Shown here one piece after another: positions 1 through 11,897 of a stretch of DNA of 64,000 nt. The translations under genes and the position numbers were made by a program. Origin of the DNA: Eukaryota sp. GEM-RC1 (lineage: Eukaryota); the NCBI GenBank assembly GCA_040285855.1, contig JAUFOQ010000010.1, positions 930,001 to 994,000 on the forward strand, given 5' to 3'. Under the pieces are notes generated by a model, which was given only the letters and a program-made list of their open reading frames with translations, was not told the DNA's origin and made no database searches. How positions within the stretch are numbered: the stretch's first letter is position 1; the number at the start of each line of letters is the position of its first letter.

Positions 1-844
1 AATGACATCGAAATAGCACCATGAACACGCACATGAAGTTGCTTAAGACGTGGAAAGAACATGGAAGACTTGTTCAGAAACTCCAAATCATTGTGATTCT
101 TTAATTCTAAATCCAATCCTGAAATTATGGGAGAATAACTTAGAAATTCTTCAACTAAAAAGGTCTCATTTACATGTAGGATCACAGATTTTTCCTTTAC
201 ATCAAAGAAAGAAGCAAATGAACAGAGTTGAGGAAGGTCTTCAGGTACTACATGAAACGTGTTTGTCAGGAAAAACACCTTGACTGTTAATAGAGCGGAC
301 TCAAAGAAATGTTGGCTTATATAGCCAACTGTGTTGAAGAGATTAGGTACTTGTTTTTTCAAGCTAAGAAGACCACGACTAGGTGCATTATCATCCTCGT
401 CAGTGGAATTCGTTAGAAGTCGTCGTAACAAGTGAAGATGGATCGAAATCAACAAAGATTGCTGAAAATGTACAAACGTGGCTCTCCTAACAGGACTAGT
501 TTTCGTGGTAGAGTGAGTAGGGGGGAGGAGGGAGAGGAAGATAAGAAGACATGGTCATTTCATTGAAGAGCGAACAATGGTCTCCAGCTTGGAGTGGCAT
601 AGAGGGTTTTCCGTTGTTAAGTATGGGATTATTGATACTTACATCGTCAGAAGGTGGTAAGCTGAGAAAAATCTCTGAGTCTCGTTTAGAGGCTTTAGTC
701 ATGCAGGGTTTTGTCATCGGTTGGACCGATTCTTGATCTTGATCAGAGGAATTGAGCATGGAAGCGGTTTGACTGGTCATAACAAGTAAGTTAGTGTTGA
801 TTCGGAATTTTGCAGTGTTGTCATAAAATTTTTGGCTCCACAAC

Positions 845-1002
845 TAGAGATGAGAATATACTCCACTCAAGTACCACTGAGTATATACTCGAGTAGAGTA
901 TTTGAGTAGAGTATATCAAGTTCTACTCGAGTTGTACTCATACTTACTTTTCAGGGACGGTGAGTAGTACTCGAGTACTACTCGAGCATTTTCCCATCTC
1001 TA
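845..1002. mobile_element. MITE-like non-autonomous element, hAT-type ends
   Basis: Imperfect TIRs TAGAGATGAGAATA / TTTTCCCATCTCTA with many internal GAGTA/TACTC subterminal repeats; no convincing TSD. Confidence 0.45.
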
Positions 1003-1574
1003 CCTTAAACGGGTTTTTTGATTTTTGTTGAAAACTTCAGTGTTAGGTTCTCTGGTTGTGACAACTGCAGAATTTTAGGCACAAATACATATAATTAATA
1101 AAATAGCGACACATGGACACTATTAAATGTTTCAACCATCCAAAAAGAACTAAGTATTTAAATACTCTAAAGATGATTGATTTGTTAGTGCATAATGTGT
1201 CGAAATCATTGAAATCGGCATTTTCGCCATTGTGTTCAGAAAATGTCTTACAGGAGTTAGACATATTAGTAGATTAAATAGGGTTAGGGTTAACAGTAAC
1301 CCTGAGAGTAAACCCCGTTTAATAACTCTCCTGTAACGCTGTTTGAGATTCTAGCTGGCGTTATCAACAGGGTTATATGCGGGGTTACACATGGTGTTAC
1401 AATGGGGGTTGGGATTGAGGTTCGATCAGTGAAAATTGACATTAATCATTTATTCAATAAAGTCTCCTACTTTTAAAACAATTATTCAAACAATCTCAAT
1501 GTATCAATGACACTCGATTCAGCAAGGGCTATCGATTAATGTCAGTTAAAAGAAGGATCGATATCAGAGTTGAT

Positions 1575-1624
1575 ACCTTGTTTACTGGGGTTATGTAGTT
1601 TATAATAACCCAAGTAAACAAGGT
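1575..1624. repeat. 20-bp inverted repeat (1 mismatch, 10-nt loop)
   Basis: ACCTTGTTTACTGGGGTTAT ... ATAACCCAAGTAAACAAGGT read directly. Confidence 0.7.
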
Positions 1625-1737
1625 TCTTCAAATTTTCAAAAACCTCCAAATCTCGTTGAATGTCATTGTTAGAAGTGTTGGGGGTGTTGTTTTAAGTTCA
1701 AAGAGCAATCAAGTAAAACTATATACAGTATAATAAA

Positions 1738-2231
1738 CTATAATTTTAAAGGTCTCTTTCTAGGATTGAACCAGTAGCGATCTCGTTCGTCTTGAAAGGC
1801 AGCTGTGGGATAGCGTTTACGACTATCAGGATACAGGATGACTTTCTTAGAGATCTTTGTATGTTTGCCCACATACCCAGTTTCTACAACACGGAAGTAT
1901 GTATGGGAGATAATCATACCTTTTTCCAGTTGTTGGAGGTATGGATCAGACCACGATGGCACAAAACGACATCGAATCTTCCCCACTTATTACCACATAA
2001 CATATTATTCCAGACAATATTGGTTGAAGTGGTGTTGTTATGTTTTGTTGGGAACATCCAATAAATCTGTGCTTGGATGGTGTAGGGATATAGATCGGGT
2101 TTCATGAATCCAATCCAACAAAACTTCACTGGGAGATTGCGGACAGCAGGAGCTTTTGTGCAATCTTTAGAGACTGCTTTAGTGTTGTGTTGGCTAGATT
2201 TCAACATGCAGGCCAACAAATGAATTCTCAA
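1738..2231 (-). other. Possible degraded coding region of unknown product, divergent from the Rep-like fragment
   Basis: Overlapping minus-strand ORFs 1914..2231 and 1738..1986; a possible 36-nt GTATGA...TTGTAG intron; no recognisable motif. Confidence 0.2.
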
Positions 2232-2389
2232 ACTTTATCAAAAACAATCATAATCATTTAAATATTTATTGAAATTACTAAAACTAGATCGACTGACTAT
2301 CATTAACACGAGGGAGCCATGTCATTATCTTCACAACATGACACACAGAACAATCAGTGCGTTCACTGTGCCTACTGATGGATCAACTG

Positions 2390-2421
2390 GTGTGTTGACT
2401 CCACTCCACTATTAACCATAG
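2390..2421 (+). other. Putative 32-nt spliceosomal intron
   Basis: GTGTGT...ATTAACCATAG; removing it joins ATG 2338 in frame to the ORF at 2439 and removes an in-frame TAA. Confidence 0.55.
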
Positions 2422-2688
2422 ATCTTATAGAAACAAACATGCAAGTACCACCTACTGTTGACGATCCTGCTCCGACCACTTCTCCTGCCATTGATGTAGA
2501 TGACTCCCCAAGTCATCAAGTCGTCCCATTTGTTCGCAGAAATGCGTTCAAATTCTTTTTCACTTTCAGCCATTGCCAACTGACTCGTGAAGTTCTCCAA
2601 GCCAATATTGAGAAGGCTTTTACTAATCAGAAGACCAATCAGCTGAACGTCAGTGCTTTGTTTGTTGCCTTGGAACGGCATCAAACAG

Positions 2689-2717
2689 GTATGTACATTC
2701 CAACTAACTAACCACAG
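2689..2717 (+). other. Putative 29-nt spliceosomal intron
   Basis: GTATGT...ACTAACCACAG (fused branch point/3' splice site); removing it eliminates the TAA and gives ERHQTGDW. Confidence 0.7.
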
Positions 2718-3913
2718 GTGATTGGCAAAACTGGATTGGAACTTTGATGAGTTAACAATACAAGATTTGTTACCATTATGTGAAGAAGAATATAATTCAT
2801 TATGCTTATGTTTCTTTTGATCATTAATGTTGCTTCACCTATCCTCTAAGGATCTACAGTTTCCAAAGAAAATTGACAAAAGAACATTCAAAAGAGTTGG
2901 TAATTTGATGTCGGACACTGATATGGTTGCAATCAATCAAGTTTAAGTGAATTTATCCACATTATTCAACAATATCAGCTGAAGTTCTGAGTGGAAGAAA
3001 TTTCTTCTTCCACTGAATAGAACTACTAAAAACAGCACAAATCACCATAATAACTGGGTTCACATATTTTTCTTTCTAATTGGATGCCTAACATGAATTT
3101 TTGAAAATGAGTTCTGCGTGTCAATTGATATCCTTTTCACCTTCGCATGGGTCTGTTTCTAGTTCAGTTGATGTTGAAGTGTTTCCTATGTGTCGTATTT
3201 GTGTAGCTTTATATAGTTGTACTTGAGTGATGTTGATCTAAAAAAAGTGTTGTATTTCATCATTTTCGTCCAATTGTAGTCATAACCATAACAGTCTCCG
3301 TAGTACATCTAGAACAGTAAGAAAATCTATACAAAGCCACAGTCACATGTGTGTTACTCGGATAACTATTTTACCATACCCTGTGTTTGCGTTACACTGT
3401 TTTTTAGTGGTACACCAAGTGTTTCGGCGTTTCCGTTTTTGAATCGTTTCAGAAACGGCGATGACCTATGGAAACGTATCCGAAACGTCAATAGACGTTT
3501 CCAATACTTGACAATCACTGTAAATTTGTTAAAAACAATATTCCATTCGTTGTACTTTAATGGTCTTTATGTGAACTTTATCAGCAAAATTGTTTACAAA
3601 GTATCAGATGTTAGCCAAAGCTGTTAGTATAGTTACGAAGTCCTTATATTCTACTTATAAACGCCCTTTACCTTCCCCTTTGTACCTTTAGGTAGTTATA
3701 ATTAGTATCCTCTTGTTACAGAAGCGGAATCTTACAAGAGCTGCTGTTCAAAGAAATGAGTTGCTAACTGCAGGCAGTCAAGCAGGGATGTCGTTTAGTT
3801 TACAATAATATCTGATTTAGTCTACTCGAATTAGCTTGATGATTGTAGAGTTGATTTAAACAATTGCATCACATACAGAAACTTACCTAAAACGACAAAC
3901 AGTGTTATGAACT

Positions 3914-5218
3914 TTAGTCAACAATTTCAAGTACATGATTATTATAATACATTTCAGCATGTAGAAAGTAATTACCACTACTTAATCTAGGAAGAGTTCC
4001 AGTGAGCTCAATTACAGAATTACGGACGGATTTGATTGTTAAAGTGTAATTAATCAGATTTACATTAATTTCGAGTAATTCACCAGGATTCCACTGAGCT
4101 TTATGCCCTGCGAGACAACCATAAACGTCATTATGATTGAAAATACCATGACCATATAGGAAACAATTATCATCCAGACTAGAATTAGATTCGTCAATGA
4201 CTCCAACCCAAAGATTGGCAGGATATCCGTGGTACCTCATCTTCCAAGTATAATCATTACCGGGAAGAAGTGGATCTTCTCCCAAGATACTTGTAGGAAA
4301 ACCGTTGATCCAATCGTGAACAACTCTCTTTCCATCATCACTCACTTGTAACTCGGGATGTTTCCTAGTTTGAGAGAATTTGATTGCTTCTGATTGATGA
4401 ACTGATTGAGACACCAGTTGAGTGATTGCAATCGTCTTTAGTTGTTCGATTTCTGGCTGGAGCTTAGTAATTTCATTAGACATTGTAGCAGTTAAATTGG
4501 GAATATCAGTTGTTAAGCAAACAGTATTCATGGATAAATCAGAATGTTGCGTCATCAAATGAGAGCTGTCTGTTTTTACATTAGTAATTTCCATTGATAA
4601 ATCAGGAGTGAGTACATTTCTGTCAGCTATTTCTTCTTTCAAATCAGAATGTTGATTCACCAAAGAGAACCACGATTGTGATTGAGTGGATGTGCAATAT
4701 TTAGAGAGAGTGTTAAGCCCTTCAGTACTGATTGTAATCATATCGTCAATCATCATGTCATCAATTTTGGAAAATAAAGAACCAACAAATTCCAGAGCTC
4801 TCAAGTCATTTCTTTCATCTGCTTCTTTAACGAATGGTTTTAACCAAGCCCAGGTCGCAAGATGAGTGTTTAGGTGGTTTTCCACATGGTCAATGAGTTT
4901 GTCCACTTGGAAGTAGTGGACAAGGTAGAAGTAGTTGTAAGCGTTGCTTTCGTTGAGGTTGAATGACTTTCCAAAGAAGGACTTGACGAAGAGAAAGAAG
5001 TTGTCGGAAGTGACGGGGAGATGGGAGAAGTCTATGGGGTTCCCGAGTTTATCCCCAAACTCTAAGAACCAAAGGGATCGGAAGTACGTTGAGTGCGCAG
5101 CAAGAACAGATTTGTTTACTTCGATTGATTCCCCGTCAAATGAAACGGTTTGGTTACATATGGAGGGTTCATCGAGAATGATGTTAAGAGTTTGTGCTGG
5201 TGGAAGAGAGAATGACAT
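3914..5218 (-). CDS. BTB/POZ domain protein with helical linker and C-terminal SPRY/B30.2-like domain
   Basis: N-terminal ESIEVNKSVLAAHSTYFRSLW (BTB signature); C-terminal beta-rich LQVSDDGKRV...YTWKMRY...LWVGVID. Start set at MSFSLPP (5218) because it matches the paralog start at 7886; the ORF extends to 5311. Confidence 0.8.
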   Translation of the reverse strand: MSFSLPPAQTLNIILDEPSICNQTVSFDGESIEVNKSVLAAHSTYFRSLWFLEFGDKLGNPIDFSHLPVTSDNFFLFVKSFFGKSFNLNESNAYNYFYLVHYFQVDKLIDHVENHLNTHLATWAWLKPFVKEADERNDLRALEFVGSLFSKIDDMMIDDMITISTEGLNTLSKYCTSTQSQSWFSLVNQHSDLKEEIADRNVLTPDLSMEITNVKTDSSHLMTQHSDLSMNTVCLTTDIPNLTATMSNEITKLQPEIEQLKTIAITQLVSQSVHQSEAIKFSQTRKHPELQVSDDGKRVVHDWINGFPTSILGEDPLLPGNDYTWKMRYHGYPANLWVGVIDESNSSLDDNCFLYGHGIFNHNDVYGCLAGHKAQWNPGELLEINVNLINYTLTIKSVRNSVIELTGTLPRLSSGNYFLHAEMYYNNHVLEIVD

Positions 5219-5621
5219 TAGAAGCAATAGAAAAAGATAAGTAAATGAGGGACACTTGTTTTTTGTGGTACAAAATTTGTCATCATTCGGCCATAAAACT
5301 GTTTCCTCCACATACTCTTTGATAACGACTAAGTATTCTGCATATAATGTACAGGATTTTTTATGTTTTAATTCTCATAGGTGTTAGTAAATACTACCAC
5401 CAATAAATAGTGAAGTTTTCATCAGTGAGAACTTCCTGATTGACTAGAACGAGAGTGGAGGGTTCACAAAACTGCAAACAACTACTGCTGGTTAGCGCTG
5501 GGCGTTTAGAATCAGATTCAGATCCAGCGTGTGGCCGTTTTAATCGGATTCGGATCAGTTCAAATATCCGAACGTACTGTACATCAGGAAAATTGCATTC
5601 CTTCCACACTTCTCTCAAGAA

Positions 5622-7256
5622 ATGAAGAGTTTTCCAACCAATGTCATCACCGTAACAGGTCTAACTTCTGATGTCACCACCAACGACTTACGTAATGCAT
5701 TCTATCGTTATGGAACTATTGCTTCCTGTGAAGTTAAACGGGACACCCAAGGACCAGATTCCTTTTTTGCCACTATTGCCTTCAACAACATCATTGACGT
5801 CAACAAGGTTATTAATGACTTCTCCCAAGAAGATCTCTATGGATGTTCCATCAAAGTCCACCATTCTCGTCCAAGAAATGGACTTATGCAGACCTCTCTC
5901 ATTATTGAAAACATTCCTCAAACTTTAACAATAGAAAATTTCACTCACAAGTGTCAGATGTTCGGTAACGTTCGATCACGACACTTAGAAACTACTTCAA
6001 AGGACTCGATGGCCATTGGTTTCTGTGACTTCTTTTCTAATCAAGAAGCTAAGTCAGCTCTAGTTCAACTTCAAAACGAGGATTGGGGAGCTGGTTTACT
6101 TAAAGTTAAGTTCAAGGAACTCTCCAGTAAAAAGTCTATCGATTCACCTATTGATGATCCATTTACTGCCACAAGGACTCCTTCTCCATCACGTGATCCA
6201 CTACGTGATCCTTCACAAACCATGGACAATATTTCTAATGCTGATATTATCTCTTCTAGTCGTTTAAATGTCAGTGATCAAACTCCTTCTACAACAAAGT
6301 CTAATCATCCTAATCAAAAGAGTAAGTTAGGTCAGTTATACATCACTGGTTTACATCCCAACATTGATGTAATGAGGTTGGAAGAACTTTTCTCCCCTTT
6401 TGGAAAAATTATGTCCAGGGGATTGAATACCGACGATCAAGGGAAATGTAAAGGACGTGCTATTATCCTCTTTGATACCCTTCAAAGTGCAATCAAAGCC
6501 TCTGATGCAATGCATGGTAAGGAAGTTGGCTCTAGTAAAGATCCAGACTCGACTTCTCCTATATCAGTTCACTTTTACCATCCACCAACCCCACGTTTCA
6601 GGCTGGTTAACGGTATCCCTGCACAACTCTCTGTTATGGTCAGGAAACTTCCCATTGATGTAACAAGTGAACAGTTTTTGGAAATCTTGTCTTCATTTGG
6701 TGAGATCAAATCTCATAGCCTTAAAGCGGTAAAATCCAGCAATCAAACATTTGCATTTGCTTCTTTCGCAAATGTTGAGCAAGCTATCAATGCTGTACAA
6801 GAGCTTGATCAATCATTTGCATTTGGAAAAGTTCCTATTGATATCAAGTTTCTCCAACCAGAAAAACTTGCAGCTGCAGTTCTTGAACAAGAGTATAACC
6901 GTACCTGCACTGAACTCCAGGAAGCATCCAAGCACAAAACTCTTTGGGTAGGTTCACTTCCTCCAAGCACAACAGACGACTCTCTACACCAAATGTTCTC
7001 TCCCTTTGGTGACGTCACTTCTTCAATTGTGATGAAGACTGTAACTGGTGAAAGTAGGAGATTTGGTCATGTTTTTTTTGAGAAGTCAGAAGAAGCTAAT
7101 GCAGCTCTTCTAGAAATGAATGAAAAGTTGATTCCTGGAACGAACCATCGTTTACAAGTATGTAAGTTTAGATCAGAACATGAGCGTAAGGCACTTGAGG
7201 CCAAGATACTCGACCAACAGCGTGTTAAGCGTGTTCGAGTTCCTTATCATCGTTAG
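5622..7256 (+). CDS. Multi-RRM RNA-binding protein (five RRMs; PABP/ELAV-like architecture)
   Basis: 544-aa ORF with RNP2/RNP1-like pairs: ITVTGL/FFATIAF, LIIENI/IGFCDF, LYITGL/KGRAIILF, VMVRKL/FAFASF, LWVGSL/RRFGHVFF. Confidence 0.9.
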   Translation: MKSFPTNVITVTGLTSDVTTNDLRNAFYRYGTIASCEVKRDTQGPDSFFATIAFNNIIDVNKVINDFSQEDLYGCSIKVHHSRPRNGLMQTSLIIENIPQTLTIENFTHKCQMFGNVRSRHLETTSKDSMAIGFCDFFSNQEAKSALVQLQNEDWGAGLLKVKFKELSSKKSIDSPIDDPFTATRTPSPSRDPLRDPSQTMDNISNADIISSSRLNVSDQTPSTTKSNHPNQKSKLGQLYITGLHPNIDVMRLEELFSPFGKIMSRGLNTDDQGKCKGRAIILFDTLQSAIKASDAMHGKEVGSSKDPDSTSPISVHFYHPPTPRFRLVNGIPAQLSVMVRKLPIDVTSEQFLEILSSFGEIKSHSLKAVKSSNQTFAFASFANVEQAINAVQELDQSFAFGKVPIDIKFLQPEKLAAAVLEQEYNRTCTELQEASKHKTLWVGSLPPSTTDDSLHQMFSPFGDVTSSIVMKTVTGESRRFGHVFFEKSEEANAALLEMNEKLIPGTNHRLQVCKFRSEHERKALEAKILDQQRVKRVRVPYHR

Positions 7257-7550
7257 TTAGACTGTGGATAACGGTTCTCCAGCTGTTCTCGAAACTTATT
7301 ATCAATTAACCGGACCATGATTGAGCAGGTTTTATTAAGGTGAAACATGAAATGAGAAGCAGAGGCGATGACAAAACTGGAATTGGAGAAACACATCAGA
7401 ATCTCGCACAACATGTACGTTCTCATTCTTCTGACGGAAAAGTAACTGTCAATGTTATTGATGACGTGATGCAGTTTAAGATGGAATTGGTCCAAGTATT
7501 TCACTAAAATCAGTAAACTTTTCTTTGAACTCAACACTCACTGATATTCT

Positions 7551-7886
7551 CTAAAACTCCCAATGTTTGTCCACTTGGAAGTAGTGGACAAGGTAGAAGT
7601 AGTTGTAAGCGTTGCTTTCGTTGAGGTTGAATGACTTTCCAAAGAAGGACTTGAGGAAGAGAAAGAAGTTGTTGGAAGTGACGGGGAGATGGGAGAAGTC
7701 AATGGGGTTATCGAGTTTATCCCCAAACTCTAAGATCCAAAGGGATCGGAAGTACGTTGAGTGCGCAGCAAGAACAGATTTGTTTACTTCGATTGATTCC
7801 CCGTCAAATGAAATGGTTTGGTTACATATGGAGGGTTCATCGAGAATGATGGAAAGAGTTTCTGTTGGTGGAAGAAAGAATGGCAT
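7551..7886 (-). pseudogene. Truncated duplicate of the BTB gene (BTB domain only)
   Basis: Near-identical to 4896-5225; similarity stops after HYFQVDK and a stop follows. Confidence 0.8.
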
Positions 7887-9196
7887 TAGAAGCCTGGACA
7901 ATAACAAAGTTAGCTGACAAACCAATGTGATTGGTCCAATATGAACCACTTCAACTTTAAAAACGAAGTGGGTTTCCACTCTTCTTTGTTGGTCATCAAG
8001 CAATGGATTTCTTCTTATGTCTTTTGTTTATCTGATTGTGGGTTTACGTGGTACTTCTTAGGGTGACCTCGTTCCATGTCTTTTCCCAAACAACAACTAT
8101 AACAGGATAAGTTCTCCATGTTATCATTTCCTGCTGGTCATAATGACTATACTCCTTTGATATTTCTTCTCTCTGAATCTCAACAATGACATCCACCTTA
8201 TTTGTTCATCGTTCTATAGTTACCGGATATGGGTGCTACCTATTTTCTATGATCACTTTAGTTGTTGTTGAAGCGATTGTCTTTAAAGTTGAGAAGATGA
8301 GGTGAATCATTTCATGTCGTTTCTTCAATGAATGAATTCTACACTGTTCTATTGCACAGTTAATATTCACTGTAACTAAATACAAAGGTAAACTCTTCAG
8401 ACAGTTAACATGTTTGACTATCATTTTTTGGGTTCTCTGATCACTAAATACTTCTCTACCAAACGACAGAAATACATACATGGAGACCCACATACGGTGC
8501 AAATGAAGTGTTGTCTCAAAAAATCAAAAATTACGTTAATTTTGTAATTAAACACGATACGATTCTTCCATTTAGTTCGAATAATCAATCGTTTTTAAGA
8601 AAAGTACGTTTTTATGGTATGACCTGTAATGTTATGATCAACTTCTACTATTATGTAGTGATTCTATTCAGTGGAAGAAGGAATTCTATCCACTAAGAAT
8701 TTCTCAGTCTTTCTTTGTCCTGAGTATTATTGCTTTGTAATTTACTCCAAACTAAAATATATTAACTGTAATCGTAATCAGTTTTTTCCCAATACTACTG
8801 GATAAATACTGGCCGGCCTGCATTGTTATCGGCAACATAGAACTTATAGAAAAACTATGTTGGTGTAAGCTGAATTGTTTTCACTTTTTTACAGTTGTTT
8901 AATCACTCAATTACACATTAACATACAAATACTAGAATGTTCATTTGATGTTTCATGGTTTTAACAATAATGTCATTGATTTACTAGTGTGAAAATATTT
9001 TCAAGCATACAGTACGTGTACAATGTTCACTTTTCACACACTTATTCTAGGCAAATAGACTTATGTTATAGGGGCATTTACAAATAGTTTTTAAAAATAC
9101 AATGCCTTTTGATTTTTTCTGTCTGTTCTTATCAGCCAAACTTTATAAAGTTTTTCTTCTTCTGTTTGAATAAAAAATGTATAACTACTGTATAAG

Positions 9197-10355
9197 CTAA
9201 TACTGTAACAACTCATCTAATGGTGACAAACCTGATTCTTCTATGTCAAAATCAAACGATTCCATCATGTTTAACTCATTAGAGTCAGCTTCTTCCACCT
9301 CAATCTCTACTTCATCAGCTTCCCAATCTGAGTCAAATTGCCCCTTCATTATGGCGTCTACTTCGGCATCTTCAATGCTACTGGTCTTCACATCTTTACA
9401 TGCCTTTCTTCGGAATCGCTTCTTTCTTCTTCTACCAACTCTCTTATTATACACAGGAGGCAAAACTGTTTCAGATCCATTATATGTTGTCCACTCTTCT
9501 CTGCCTCTCAATGGTCTTAAATCAAAGCTGTAAGTACTCACCAGGTTCTCAATTCCAATTCTGAAGCAAGAACTCGTGTACTCCATTGGACTTCCTTTCT
9601 TAAAGATACAAGCAGCTGCGATGTGACAACACGCGAATCCAAAGTGTTTAGTTTGCCCACATGTACATGCTCCTTGATCCAAATCAACTAATAATACTTT
9701 CTCCACATCTCGAACTTCGATGACCTCCTGTCCCTCATCTCCACAGAGAATGGCAGTAAGCTATCTCCCCTTTAGAAACATTGTTCTTCAATTTAGAATA
9801 TACTATTTCTGCTATACCCATGGTCTTTTCTTCATCAAGAACCTGCAATTCTTCTCTTCGTGATTGAATCCATTGGCCAACATTTCTTCTGATTTCTTCC
9901 AACATTGACATTACTGGCAGTTTCACACACAGATAACAACCAGGAATTTTCGGACTCTGATATATTACGAGTTAAATAACCTATCGTTGGCCTTGGGAAG
10001 ACTACAGTAACCCACTGGAATGGTCCAAATTTTACCAAATATTCGCCTGCTTTTGGGGAAATGTTCCGGATTTCTTTTCAGCTGATACTCTTCAATTGTA
10101 AGAAATCGAGCAGATTCCCACACTTTCTTTGTCCATCAAAGACTTCTTTCTGAATCTTTTGCAATATCATCTGCCAAATAAACAGTATCCATGATACTGG
10201 TTTGGGAAAATAAAATTGAAGACATCAATAAGACTCTTCTGTATGTCTGACAAAAAAGTCCAATCATCAGAATTTAGAATTGTTTTCATATGGTTTAAAA
10301 AGTAACGCCACTCTGTACTGTTTTCACATTCGAGATGTTCTTTCACTTTCAGCAT
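9197..10355 (-). mobile_element. Mutator-like (MULE) transposase pseudogene with SWIM zinc finger
   Basis: Fragments ENSTEWRYFL...FLSDIQKSL...IFPNQYHGYC (MULE domain), TRNISESENS, and VDLDQGACTCG...FACCHIAA (SWIM); several frameshifts and stops. Confidence 0.85.
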
Positions 10356-11259
10356 GTTGTTGCATGGAAGAGGCTACCAGTTGTAAATGTGTTTGTTTAG
10401 ACTCTGAAACCAATACTTCTACTTTATCCTTAAACTAGTCTTTTTCTCTTTGCGCAATCTCTCACAATCAAGCAAGACCAACTAAATTAATTGGGTTGAA
10501 TTTGTTGCTAATTACTAATACTGATTCTATTTATGTGAAGCCAAGAACTTCCAGGCTTCTGTTTTGGATACCGCATTATTTGATTCCCAGGATGTTGTTT
10601 CGTCTTACCATGTAACTAATCAGGGATTGTATTCTACAGTGTCAAGAGCAGCTTCTTAGTTTTCGAAAAGAAAGCATCGACGTTTTTGAGAAGGTCGGGG
10701 TTGACGGAAGTAGTGTGAAAGGGTTTGATCAAAAGAGTGGGGCAAAAGGTAAGTAAGTATATGATGATCTGAACTTTAGTGCTTTTGTGACATTTGTCGT
10801 CCTATTTGAAAAATTCCAGGACATGCTCCATGGATATTGAGTCTTTTGGGGTTTCAGCTTATCTTAGGACTGTATCTTCTTCACTGGAAATAAGGAGGAA
10901 GAGGGGTATGTTTGAAGGCCGTATCTAGATGAACCAGTTGGGACTGTATACTAATAAGTAATTTATGAGTCGACAAACACTACTACACGAGTGTTCCCAA
11001 TGGAGTCTTCGGGTATGACTAAAGTGTCGACATTAGAGCTCCCGAATCCCCCAGGTCAGGTCAGATCATCCAGTATTTGTTGATTTCACCTGGAGATCAT
11101 CTAGCAAATGACCTGGGTGAGTTTTTACTCACCTAGTCACCTGAGTGGCCCAGGTTCATATTTATTGTCTGTGTTATTGAAGATACTACGTAAGCTACGA
11201 TGTCAATTGTTACATTCGAAAAAAATTGTTTGGCAAAAAGGCAACTGAGTTGCGGTACA

Positions 11260-11590
11260 TTAGCTTTGTTTGCAGGAGTGGTTTTCTAACAACTGTAGTA
11301 GCATTTCACCTGTAAGGCTAAGTCTATGTTCATATCTGGTCAGAAGTTCTGACCAAATATGAGTATAAGGGTTGATATCTTTGGAAATAGTTTCCACTAT
11401 CGGCAAGATGATATTGTCGTCATCAGTTCGCATACTTTGGTTCAGTCCTTGTCCAGCTTTGACAACTAAATTTAGTATGTGAGCAGAACAACGCCTGGGG
11501 GCTATGGAAACATTTAAGTCCTTCAGGCGGTCCTCTAGTATCTTGACAGCAGACACAACGTTGGCACCATTATCAGTAGTTACCCCTAAA
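11260..11590 (-). mobile_element. hAT transposase fragment
   Basis: LGVTTDNGANVVSAV...RCSAHILNLVVKAG: the TDNxxN and CxAHxLNL hAT motifs. Confidence 0.85.
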
Positions 11591-11806
11591 ACCGATTGAG
11601 TATAAAACAGCTGTCACAACTGATCCTATTTGAAGAAAATGAGGAATTAATGATCGAAAGAATTTAGTTTAAAGATTTGGAATATGCATCTCCAGTGAAA
11701 AGTACAGAATATAATAACGAAGAAGTAAACCAGTACATGTAAACAGTAAAGTCAATCCACTCCATAATTCCAACCAGATTGGATTTCACCTTACATCCAA
11801 CAAAAC

Positions 11807-11897
11807 ATGTCTCATTCTGCAATTCCCTTGAGGACTAGCCGTTCATTGGATTATACTGTATCAGTTACTGACATTGTTGAGTGTAAGAGATTCTCTT
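11807..11897 (+). pseudogene. 5' fragment of the Ser-leader LRR gene family
   Basis: MSHSAIPLRTSRSLDYTVSVTDIVEC matches the N-terminus of 13228, then similarity ends. Confidence 0.7.

Larger units (their letters stand above)
2338..2755 (+). pseudogene. Truncated HUH-endonuclease Rep-like gene (CRESS DNA virus type; endogenous viral element)
   Basis: RRNAFKFFFTFSHCQLTREVL...LFVALERHQTG(DW) parallels the geminivirus/genomovirus Rep N-terminus (motif I, FLTYPxC-like, and the E-x-H-x-x-G lead-in to motif II). Similarity is lost just before the HUH histidines, and a stop follows. Confidence 0.6.

Noticed and set aside
496..843. 115-aa Ser/Pro-rich ORF
   Set aside because: No domain evidence, non-ATG start, and it abuts a MITE.
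1279..1292. Telomere-like TAGGGTTAGGGTTA
   Set aside because: Only about two units, embedded among GGGTTA/TAACCC motifs that look like transposon subterminal repeats.
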